A stretch of DNA of 31,997 nt from a virus (Duplodnaviria > Caudoviricetes): positions 1 through 31,997 of IMG/VR virus record IMGVR_UViG_3300044723_001604; one strand, 5' to 3'. Each line of letters starts with the position of its first letter. Position 1 is the stretch's first letter. Shown here piece by piece: positions 1-7,977 of this stretch. A program made the translations under genes and the position numbers. A model generated the notes under the pieces. It worked only from the letters and a program-made list of their open reading frames with translations, searched no databases and was not told the origin of the DNA.

Positions 1-1
1 G

Positions 2-1057
2 GCTGAAGACCCTATCTCAAACAGAGAGTGGGAAGATGCTGACTCACCGTTCCAGTTTCTTGCATGGTGTGATGAGTGGATACGCTTTCAGAATGAGGGC
101 TATGGTTTTATATCTTATCTACCAGTTGCAATAGACGGGTCATGTAATGGGCTACAATTATATTCGCTTATGTTAAAAGATAAAGAGGCGGGTAGGCTAG
201 TCAATGTAGTGCCGAGTGATAAACCACAGGACATCTATCAGTTAGTGGCTGACGCTGTGACTGAGCGTTTAAAAGATGAGGCAGCACAGGGCAAAGAGTT
301 TGCTCAGCAGTGGTTAGACTATGGAGTTAAGAGGAGTACTACTAAGCGTAGCATTATGACAATATGTTATGGCTCAACGAGATACTCATGCACTGACTTT
401 GTGGTAGAAGACCTAACCAAAAGAAAAGATAAAGGAGAGATACATCCCTTTGAGGACATGTTCAAACCCTCTATCTATCTTGCGGGTATTATTTGGGAGA
501 GCATAGGAGACAACTTGAAGTCAGCCCGTAAAGGTATGGCTTACTTGCAGTCTATTGCTAAGGTGGTAGCTAAAGAGCAACTGCCTATTCACTGGGTGAC
601 ACCCGTTGGATTCCCTGTGTATCAGTCGTATCCTGAGATGAAGTCTAAGAGAGTCAAAGCTATGCTAATGGGTGAAGTTATTAAACCTAGAATCAAAGAA
701 GAGACAGACAAGACTGATAAGCTAAGGATGTCCAATGGTGTTGCACCTAACTTTGTGCACTCACTGGATTCTGCGGCTATGATACGTACTGTTAACATTG
801 CTAATAAGAATGGTGTAAAGAACTTTTGCAACGTTCATGATAGCTTTGGTACAACAGCGGGAGATGTGGAGATGCTAAGTGTCAGTCTCAAAGAGGCTTT
901 CATTCAGACATTCACAGAGACAGACGTACTTAAAGAGTTCAAAGAAGATGTGAAGTCACAGTTACCTGTAGACCTACACGACAAGTTACCTGAAGAATTA
1001 GAGAAGGGTGACTTGGATGTGCAGTTGCTCAGAGAATGTGATTACTTCTTTGCATAA
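2..1057 (+). CDS. T7-like single-subunit DNA-dependent RNA polymerase (gp1), C-terminal part, truncated at the window start
   Basis: Frame is open from base 2 (AEDPISNREWEDADSPFQFLAWC...). Motif A DGSCNGLQ, motif B RSTTKRSIMTICYG, APNFVHSLD, motif C VHDSFGT, and C-terminal YFFA (T7 has FAFA). Confidence 0.98.
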   Translation, partial: AEDPISNREWEDADSPFQFLAWCDEWIRFQNEGYGFISYLPVAIDGSCNGLQLYSLMLKDKEAGRLVNVVPSDKPQDIYQLVADAVTERLKDEAAQGKEFAQQWLDYGVKRSTTKRSIMTICYGSTRYSCTDFVVEDLTKRKDKGEIHPFEDMFKPSIYLAGIIWESIGDNLKSARKGMAYLQSIAKVVAKEQLPIHWVTPVGFPVYQSYPEMKSKRVKAMLMGEVIKPRIKEETDKTDKLRMSNGVAPNFVHSLDSAAMIRTVNIANKNGVKNFCNVHDSFGTTAGDVEMLSVSLKEAFIQTFTETDVLKEFKEDVKSQLPVDLHDKLPEELEKGDLDVQLLRECDYFFA

Positions 1058-1058
1058 C

Positions 1059-1075
1059 TAAAGTACCCTTTATAG
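1059..1075 (+). promoter_or_regulatory. Phage RNAP promoter, copy 1 (TAAAGTACCCTTTATAG)
   Basis: One of four near-identical intergenic 17-mers. Ends in TATAG like the T7 promoter TAATACGACTCACTATAG and lies directly upstream of the SSB gene. Confidence 0.85.
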
Positions 1076-1105
1076 ATACAACAACAGAAAATGGAGAAAA
1101 AAATT

Positions 1106-1735
1106 ATGGCACAAAACTATGAGAAGATTGTGACACCTGTAGGTACAAGCCAGTACGCTTGGTTATCCACACCTGACACACGCTTTGATGAGACAGGTCA
1201 TTACAAGACTAACTTAATTCTTAAGACTGAAGATGCAGCTGAGTTGATGCAGAGCATTGACAAAGCGTTAGCACTCAGTACTAAAGATGCCCAAGAAAAA
1301 TCTAAAGGCAAGAAAGTTAAGACTGCTGATGCCCCTTACTTTGAAGAGATGGATGATGACGGTCAAGAGACTGGCAACACTATCTTTAAATTTAAATGTA
1401 AAGCACAGATAGTTACTAAGGACGGGACAATAATCCCTAACCGTGTAGCAATGTTTGACGCTAGCGGTACACCTATTGGTAAAGATGTAAGCGTATGGTC
1501 GGGCAGTGAGATGAAAGTCTCAGCTGAGCTTGTACCTTACTTCACATCTATGGTAGGTGCGGGAGTCTCAATGAGATTGAGAGCCGTGCAAATAACTAAT
1601 CTAGTTGAAGGTGGTGGCGGTAACGCTAAAGGCTTTGGCTTTGATGAAGTTGATGGATACCAAGCACCAAAGGAGACTGCAAATGACATGGAGAGCACAC
1701 CTAAAGAACAAGTCGAAGAAACCTCTGACTTCTAA
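1106..1735 (+). CDS. ssDNA-binding protein (T7 gp2.5-like)
   Basis: PDTRF, GSE.K, GVSMRLRAVQI motifs and an acidic tail ending in Phe (EETSDF). Start placed at ATG 1106 because GGAG (1093-1096) precedes it. Confidence 0.93.
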   Translation: MAQNYEKIVTPVGTSQYAWLSTPDTRFDETGHYKTNLILKTEDAAELMQSIDKALALSTKDAQEKSKGKKVKTADAPYFEEMDDDGQETGNTIFKFKCKAQIVTKDGTIIPNRVAMFDASGTPIGKDVSVWSGSEMKVSAELVPYFTSMVGAGVSMRLRAVQITNLVEGGGGNAKGFGFDEVDGYQAPKETANDMESTPKEQVEETSDF

Positions 1736-2141
1736 AAAAGTTGGATTGATACACGGCTTTAGGTCGGGGCTCGAAGAGTCTGTTGCGGCAGAGTTAAGGA
1801 GTCAGAAAGTACAGTATGAGTTTGAAGAAACTAAATTAAAATATACTAAACCTGAGAAACTACATACCTATACACCTGACTTCTATCTGCCCGCCGCTGA
1901 CATTTTTGTAGAGACTAAAGGATTATTTGTGACAGCTGATAGACAGAAGATGAAACTAATTAAGGAACAGTATCCTGATTTAGATATTAGATTTGTATTC
2001 AGTAGGTCAGCTTCAAAGATAAGTAAGAGAAGTAAAACAACATATGGAATGTGGTGTACTAAATATGGATTTAAGTATGCTGATAAACATATACCAAAGG
2101 AGTGGTTATGCGAAACGAAAGAAAAGAAACAGACTTCATAG
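1683..2141 (+). CDS. Endonuclease I / junction resolvase (T7 gp3-like)
   Basis: FRSGLEE, YTPDF, ETKG, DIRFVF motifs. AGGAG at 1671-1675 supports ATG 1683, which overlaps the end of the SSB gene. Confidence 0.95.
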   Translation: MTWRAHLKNKSKKPLTSKKVGLIHGFRSGLEESVAAELRSQKVQYEFEETKLKYTKPEKLHTYTPDFYLPAADIFVETKGLFVTADRQKMKLIKEQYPDLDIRFVFSRSASKISKRSKTTYGMWCTKYGFKYADKHIPKEWLCETKEKKQTS

Positions 2142-2569
2142 TCGTTTGCTCTTCTGAGACACCACCCTGTGATGATATTGGACGCAAGGAATTAGATGCA
2201 CAGCACCGTAAAGACGGTTGGTTCTCTTGTGGTTTTCATAAGATTATAACTAGGAGTGGTTACGTAGAAAATGGAAGAGACATTGGACTTGCTGGTGGTC
2301 ACGTTGATGATGGCACTGGTGAATGTACTAACGCTAATTCAGTGAGCATATGTATGATAGGTGGACAGGGAGAAGACGGTCAGCCTGACTGTAATTATAC
2401 CTTCCAACAATACATATCATTAAGAATAGTGATAGATGAATTAAGGCAACTGTATCCTACAGCACAGCTGATAGGACATAGAGATATAAATAATAAAACA
2501 AAGTGTCCATACTTTTGTGTTAATGAATTAATGGACATACATAATAGGAGTGATGGTTATGGACGATAG
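2108..2569 (+). CDS. T7 lysozyme-like N-acetylmuramoyl-L-alanine amidase fold (gp3.5), with substituted active-site residues
   Basis: Aligns by eye with T7 gp3.5 (H..GW...G.H..I.R.G.VE.GRD, NS..IC..GG, GHRD, CP.F) and occupies the gp3.5 position. GGAG at 2099-2102 precedes ATG 2108. Confidence 0.9.
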   Translation: MRNERKETDFIVVCSSETPPCDDIGRKELDAQHRKDGWFSCGFHKIITRSGYVENGRDIGLAGGHVDDGTGECTNANSVSICMIGGQGEDGQPDCNYTFQQYISLRIVIDELRQLYPTAQLIGHRDINNKTKCPYFCVNELMDIHNRSDGYGR

Positions 2570-2750
2570 TTTAAAAAGAAGAGAGATGGCTGAGAAGCGT
2601 AAAGCAAAATATACACAGATAGTAGTAACTAAAGATGTTAAAGCTATGATAGATAAACTTTGTGAAAAATCTTTTAGGTCAGCAGCTGGTGAGGTTTCTT
2701 ATCAGATAGCTAGAGCCTTAGAAAGGACTAAAGAGTTACCTTACGATTAG
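2559..2750 (+). CDS. Small Arc/CopG-like ribbon-helix-helix DNA-binding protein
   Basis: Strand YTQIVV, helix KDVKAMIDKLCEK, turn RS, helix AAGEVSYQIARAL; compare P22 Arc RSVNSEIYQRV. AGGAG at 2546-2550 precedes ATG 2559. Confidence 0.65.
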   Translation: MDDSLKRREMAEKRKAKYTQIVVTKDVKAMIDKLCEKSFRSAAGEVSYQIARALERTKELPYD

Positions 2751-2767
2751 TAAAGTGCCCCTTATAG
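2751..2767 (+). promoter_or_regulatory. Phage RNAP promoter, copy 2 (TAAAGTGCCCCTTATAG)
   Basis: Matches the repeated 17-mer. Intergenic, immediately upstream of the primase-helicase RBS (GAGGA). Confidence 0.85.
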
Positions 2768-2779
2768 TGAGGATTAAAA

Positions 2780-4375
2780 ATGAAAGAAGACGACAGCACA
2801 TTCCTACACCACGCCCCATGCCCCGCATGTGGGTCTAAAGATAATCTTGGTGTCTATACAGATGGACATGAGTATTGCTTTGGATGTGGTTATCATAAAA
2901 ATGGAGAACAAATGACAGCACCCGCAACAACAACAGCCGATTACAATTTTGTACACGGAACTGTTACCCCTTTAAACAAACGTAAGCTTGACTTCGATAC
3001 ACTACAGAAATTTAATTATGAAATTGGTGAGTCGAATAAGAGACCTGTTCAGATTGCTAACTACTACGATAGAGATAGAGTACTGGTTGCACAGAAGCTA
3101 CGCTACCCTGATAAATCATTTCAGTGGATAGGTGAAGCTAAAGACGGGACGCTCTTCGGTCAACACTTATGGCGTGACAAAGGTAAGATGGTTATTGTTA
3201 CTGAGGGTGAGATTGATTGTCTTTCTGTCTCTAAAGTAAATGGAAATAAGTTCCCTGTAGTATCAGTTAAGACTGGTGCTCAAGGTGCTAAGAAAGATTT
3301 ACTTAAAGAGTTAGAGTGGCTTGAATCATTCGAGACTGTAGTACTTATGTTCGACCAAGACGAAGCTGGTAAAAAAGCAGCGTTGGAATGTGCTAAAATC
3401 TTTTCACCTAACAAAGCTAAAGTCTGCACTCTACCTATGAAGGACGCTAACGAAATGCTGGTGGCTGGAAAAGTTAAAGAGTTAACAGATTGCATATGGT
3501 CAGCGAAAGCTTATAGACCTGACGGCATTGTATTAGGTGCAGACTTGTGGAACGACATACAGAAGGAAGACGATTACGTTACCGTTCAGTATCCGTTCTC
3601 TTGTCTGAATAAAAAAACACATGGTCTACGTAAAGGAGAACTTGTTACGATAACAGCTGGTAGTGGTGTTGGTAAGTCCTCTTTCTGCCGCCACTTAGCT
3701 CTTCACTTATTGAAAGAAAAATTTTCAGTAGGTTATCTAGCTCTTGAAGAGAATGTCAAGCGTAGTGTACTTGGCATAATGGGTATTGAGATGAGCAAGC
3801 CGTTACACCTGACAAGGGAAGGCGTCAAGGATTCTGAAATGAAAAGAGTCTTTGACGCTACCGTAGGCAACGGTAACTTTTATTTATATAATCACTTCGG
3901 CTCAACAGCCAGTGATAATCTATTGGCTAAGATAAGATACTTAGCTAAAGGATGTGATGTAGACTTTGTAATCTTAGACCATCTACACATGGCACTGTCA
4001 TCTATAGGTGATGAGACTACAAATGATGAACGTAAACTTATTGATTATACAGTGTCTAAGCTTAGGACACTAGTAGAAGAGACAGGCATAGGCTTGATAC
4101 TTGTATCACACTTGAAGAGACCTGAAGGAAACAAAGGTTATGAGGATGGTGTGGCTGTATCAATGAATAGCTTGAGAGGGAGTGCGTCAATCGGGCAGTT
4201 ATCTGATATGATAATAAGTATGTCAAGAGACTTACAATCAGAAGGTAACTTAGCTCAGGTCAACGTACTTAAGAACAGATTTAGTGGAGAGACAGGCAAA
4301 GCTTGTACCTTACACTATGACTTAGAAACAGGATGTTTACAGGAGACACAGGATGATGTCAACAATGACTTTTAA
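2780..4375 (+). CDS. DNA primase/helicase (T7 gp4-like)
   Basis: Zinc finger CPAC...CFGC, TOPRIM motifs EGEID, FDQD and KDANE, Walker A AGSGVGKS, ILDHL, LRGS, KNRFSGETG. Confidence 0.98.
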   Translation: MKEDDSTFLHHAPCPACGSKDNLGVYTDGHEYCFGCGYHKNGEQMTAPATTTADYNFVHGTVTPLNKRKLDFDTLQKFNYEIGESNKRPVQIANYYDRDRVLVAQKLRYPDKSFQWIGEAKDGTLFGQHLWRDKGKMVIVTEGEIDCLSVSKVNGNKFPVVSVKTGAQGAKKDLLKELEWLESFETVVLMFDQDEAGKKAALECAKIFSPNKAKVCTLPMKDANEMLVAGKVKELTDCIWSAKAYRPDGIVLGADLWNDIQKEDDYVTVQYPFSCLNKKTHGLRKGELVTITAGSGVGKSSFCRHLALHLLKEKFSVGYLALEENVKRSVLGIMGIEMSKPLHLTREGVKDSEMKRVFDATVGNGNFYLYNHFGSTASDNLLAKIRYLAKGCDVDFVILDHLHMALSSIGDETTNDERKLIDYTVSKLRTLVEETGIGLILVSHLKRPEGNKGYEDGVAVSMNSLRGSASIGQLSDMIISMSRDLQSEGNLAQVNVLKNRFSGETGKACTLHYDLETGCLQETQDDVNNDF

Positions 4376-4568
4376 AGTAACAGAAATAAACTGGACAAAC
4401 ATAATTATATCCGCACTTAAAGAAACCAATGATACTCATAGGATAGTACAGATTCCTATAGCTACTGATGATGGTGAAGACTTATTAAATCTTGCACTTG
4501 ATAAACTTGTGGAAGAAGGTGATAGTCGTGCATTACAAATAGAAGTGGTAAGGCATAAGGTACATTAA
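4353..4568 (+). CDS. Hypothetical protein (71 aa)
   Basis: AGGAG at 4341-4345 upstream. Stop overlaps the next start (TAATG). Confidence 0.7.
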   Translation: MMSTMTFKVTEINWTNIIISALKETNDTHRIVQIPIATDDGEDLLNLALDKLVEEGDSRALQIEVVRHKVH

Positions 4569-4852
4569 TGAAAACAAAATACTTACCTAAGTTAGACTTA
4601 TTCAAGCATGAGTTTGTTATGGTCTACTGGGTAGACATAGAGTCAGATGCTGGGTGGCGTAGTGTAGAGGATGTCAATAGTGATGACTTACCTATCTGTA
4701 TATCTAGTGGCTGGCTCATTAAAAAAGATAAGAGAGTCACACGTTTAGTTAGTGACTTCAATGTAGATTCAGATGGTAAAGTAAATGAAGTAGGCAACTC
4801 AACAATCATTCCTACTTGTGTAATACAAAAGATTATCAAAATAAAACTATGA
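4568..4852 (+). CDS. Hypothetical phage protein (94 aa)
   Basis: Translationally coupled on both sides (TAATG, ATGA). Globular-looking V.V.W.D...D.GW pattern; no function recognised. Confidence 0.75.
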   Translation: MKTKYLPKLDLFKHEFVMVYWVDIESDAGWRSVEDVNSDDLPICISSGWLIKKDKRVTRLVSDFNVDSDGKVNEVGNSTIIPTCVIQKIIKIKL

Positions 4853-5178
4853 ATAAAAATGATAAGGGTCACTACGGTGAGCTCATTGGCTGTGCGTGGT
4901 TAGTCAAGCAAGGCTATTGGGTATTCAGAAATGTAGCACCGCATGGATGTATAGACGCTGTGGCAGTACACCAAGAAACTGGTAAAAAAATTCTTATAGA
5001 CTTTAAGGTAGCTTACTACCGAAAGAGTGGATGGGAATGTTCCCGCATTGTGGGTACTAGAGCAAAAGAATTAGGTGTAAGGATACTGTATGTAAATGTG
5101 GATACACATGAGTGCAGACTAAAAGATACATGGGAAAACTATTTAAAAAAGAAACGTAAAATTAAAATGGAGAAGTAA
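4849..5178 (+). CDS. Small PD-(D/E)XK nuclease (Hjc/YraN-like)
   Basis: KG..GE....WL...GY.V helix, IDAVA and IDFK (D-x-K) motifs. ATG 4849 overlaps the upstream TGA. Confidence 0.65.
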   Translation: MNKNDKGHYGELIGCAWLVKQGYWVFRNVAPHGCIDAVAVHQETGKKILIDFKVAYYRKSGWECSRIVGTRAKELGVRILYVNVDTHECRLKDTWENYLKKKRKIKMEK

Positions 5179-6914
5179 TGAAGAGATATGTATTTGATAT
5201 TGAGACCGACGGTCTACTGACAGACGCTACCAAAGTACATTGTATTGTAATGTATGACATAGATAAAGGAGAGTTACTTCATCTAGACAATGAAGACGCT
5301 ATTAAAAAATTAACTAAAGCTGACTTAATAGTAGGACACAACATCATTAAGTTTGATATCCCAGTATTAAAAAAGCTTTACAACTTTAAACCTAGAGGTA
5401 AAGTATTTGATACTATCATTGCTACTAGATTATTATTCCCTGATATTAGAGACGCTGACTTCAAAAGAAATACAGGCTTCCCAACTAAACTGATAGGCAG
5501 ACACAGTCTTGAAGCATGGGGACACCGCATTGGTAAATACAAAGCACACATAGAAACTGATTGGTCAGAGTTTACAGCAGAGATGTTAGAGTACTGTAAG
5601 CAAGACGTCATAGTTAACTCAGGACTATACAAAGCTATAGAGAAGAAGGGCTATTCACAGTCTGCTATGGATTTAGAACATCAAGTTGCTGACATTATAT
5701 TCAGACAAGAACAACATGGCTTTACATTTGATAATGATAAGGCTACTAGATTATTCTCTACACTAAATGCTCGACGCTTTGAAATAGAAGATGAGCTACA
5801 AGAATTATTCCCACCAATAATTAAAGAGACAGTCTTCATACCTAAAGTAAACAACAAGACTAGAGGGTATGTTAAAGGTGAGCCCTTCATTAAGAAAGAT
5901 ACAGTCACATTCAATCCATCAAGCAGACAACACGTTGCTGAAAGATTTAAAGACAGCTACGGGTGGACACCAAAAGAATTTACACCTGATGGTAAACCAA
6001 AGATAGATGATGTAGTATTAAGTAAGTTGGATTACCCAGCTGCTAAACTATTAGCCGAGCATTTCCTTTTAGATAAACGCATTGCTCAACTTGCTACTGG
6101 TAATCAGGCATGGCTTAAGCTAGAGACTAACGGGAAACTACACGGCACATGTAACACCAACTCAACCGTTACAGCTAGAGCAAGTCATGCCTACCCTAAC
6201 CTAGCTCAAGTACCCAGCGTACATGCACCTTATGGTAAGGAATGCAGAGAGTTATTCACAGTACCAACAGGTAAGAAGCTTGTAGGTATAGATGTATCAG
6301 GACTAGAAGTCAGAATGTTAGCACACTACATGGCTAAGTTTGATAGTGGTGAGTACACTAAGGTAGTACTAGAAGGTGACATACATACAGAGACACAAAC
6401 ATTAGCTGGTCTTGATTCAAGAGACTTAGCTAAACGTTTCTACTACTGTTTCTTATATGGTGGTGGTGTTAAGAAGATAGCTGAAGTAACAGGTAAGACT
6501 GTTAAAGAAGCTGGTCAAGTTAAAAAGAGATTCTTAAATAACTTACCCGCTCTTAACAAACTGATAGAGCAAGTACAATCTGCTGCTGCTAAAGGACACC
6601 TTAAAGGTTTAGATGGTAGACAGATAAAAGTTAGGTCTCCACATAGTGCATTGAATACACTACTGCAATCAGCTGGTGCTATCGTGTGTAAGAAATGGTT
6701 AGTTGAATTTGATAGACTAATGAAACCTTACTCAGATGTGCAACAAGTAGTTTGGGTACATGATGAGATACAAGTACAAGTGAATGCAGAGTGGGCTGAC
6801 ATCATAGGAGAGAAAGCTGTAGAAGCTATCGAGCATGTAGGTGAAGAGTTAGACCTACGCATACCACTTACTGGTGAATATAAAATTGGAAACAACTGGA
6901 GTGAGACACATTAA
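5178..6914 (+). CDS. polA: Family A DNA polymerase with 3'-5' exonuclease (T7 gp5-like)
   Basis: Exo motifs FDIET, GHNIIKFD, YCKQD. Polymerase motifs A DVSGLEVR, B RDLAKRFYYCFLYG, C VHDEIQ. Confidence 0.98.
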   Translation: MKRYVFDIETDGLLTDATKVHCIVMYDIDKGELLHLDNEDAIKKLTKADLIVGHNIIKFDIPVLKKLYNFKPRGKVFDTIIATRLLFPDIRDADFKRNTGFPTKLIGRHSLEAWGHRIGKYKAHIETDWSEFTAEMLEYCKQDVIVNSGLYKAIEKKGYSQSAMDLEHQVADIIFRQEQHGFTFDNDKATRLFSTLNARRFEIEDELQELFPPIIKETVFIPKVNNKTRGYVKGEPFIKKDTVTFNPSSRQHVAERFKDSYGWTPKEFTPDGKPKIDDVVLSKLDYPAAKLLAEHFLLDKRIAQLATGNQAWLKLETNGKLHGTCNTNSTVTARASHAYPNLAQVPSVHAPYGKECRELFTVPTGKKLVGIDVSGLEVRMLAHYMAKFDSGEYTKVVLEGDIHTETQTLAGLDSRDLAKRFYYCFLYGGGVKKIAEVTGKTVKEAGQVKKRFLNNLPALNKLIEQVQSAAAKGHLKGLDGRQIKVRSPHSALNTLLQSAGAIVCKKWLVEFDRLMKPYSDVQQVVWVHDEIQVQVNAEWADIIGEKAVEAIEHVGEELDLRIPLTGEYKIGNNWSETH

Positions 6915-7699
6915 TGAAAGAGAACCTGAAAAATTATACCAAGAAGAGAGAGTTACTTATAGATGGTGACATTCTCATTTATAAGACAGCACTACAAGAA
7001 GAGCAAGCTATCAAGTGGGACGAAAACCTTTGGACTCTACATGCGTATGAAGATAAAGCTATCGCTGCTGTTGATGAGGCTATTAAAAAACTACAAAGAG
7101 ATTTAAGATGTAAGCCTTATAAGATAGCCTTGACATCTCCTAATAACTTTAGGAAAGATGTACTACCCAGTTACAAAGCTAACCGTAAGGGTGTCCGCAA
7201 ACCTATGATACTACCTGTGTTAAGACAACACGTTATGGATAATCATAAAGGTATTATGTGGGATGGGTTAGAAGCTGATGATGTGTTAGGCATACTAGCT
7301 ACAACCGCCGACAACCATTATGATAAAGACCCCGTTATAGTATCTATAGATAAAGACTTTAAACAGATACCATCATTGATATGTCTTGACGGAGAGAACA
7401 TTGTCAGGATAAGTAGACCCGCAGCTGACTACTGGTTTATGTTGCAAGTGTTGATGGGTGATTCTGTTGATGGTTATACAGGTTTACCTAGCGTAGGTAT
7501 TAAGACTGCCGAGAAAATACTAGGTGATAAGACAACTGTTCCACTGAGGATTTTGTGGGACAAAGTAGTTGAAGCTTATGAGAAGAAAGGATACACAGAG
7601 AAGGAAGCTTTACAGCAAGCCCGTGTTGCCAAGATACTTAGAGCAACTGACTACAACAAAAAGAAAGGAGAAGTAAAACTATGGCAAATAAAAAGGTAA
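6914..7699 (+). CDS. 5'-3' exonuclease (T7 gp6-like)
   Basis: IDGD, YKANRK, LEADD, SIDKD and H3TH-like GDSVDGYTGLPSVGIKTA. Confidence 0.95.
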   Translation: MKENLKNYTKKRELLIDGDILIYKTALQEEQAIKWDENLWTLHAYEDKAIAAVDEAIKKLQRDLRCKPYKIALTSPNNFRKDVLPSYKANRKGVRKPMILPVLRQHVMDNHKGIMWDGLEADDVLGILATTADNHYDKDPVIVSIDKDFKQIPSLICLDGENIVRISRPAADYWFMLQVLMGDSVDGYTGLPSVGIKTAEKILGDKTTVPLRILWDKVVEAYEKKGYTEKEALQQARVAKILRATDYNKKKGEVKLWQIKR

Positions 7700-7968
7700 A
7701 GAAAAATGCAATCAATCCAAAACATTATTCGAGGTTTAAAATTGAGCCCGTCACTTTTATTGTTGAGAATAAAATACCATATTGTGAGGCTAACTCTATT
7801 AAATATTTGTGCCGCTGGCGTTTCAAACACGAAACAGTGGCTGGACAAATTGAAGATTTAAACAAAGCTAAACAATACATAGACATTCTTATTGCAGATG
7901 TAAAGAAAGAATGCAGAGATAAAAAGAAAGCAGTGGTTCACGTTGACCCACTACAAATAATTTCATAA
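7681..7968 (+). CDS. DUF3310 / T7 gp1.7-like putative nucleotide kinase
   Basis: INPKHY...IEP..FI, N.IKYL.R...K, EDLNKA..Y pattern. Confidence 0.8.
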   Translation: MANKKVKKNAINPKHYSRFKIEPVTFIVENKIPYCEANSIKYLCRWRFKHETVAGQIEDLNKAKQYIDILIADVKKECRDKKKAVVHVDPLQIIS

Positions 7969-7977
7969 GGAGTATAC

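Noticed and set aside
1605-1682. Extended N-terminus of endonuclease I
   Set aside because: It lies deep inside the SSB gene. A strong AGGAG supports ATG 1683 instead.
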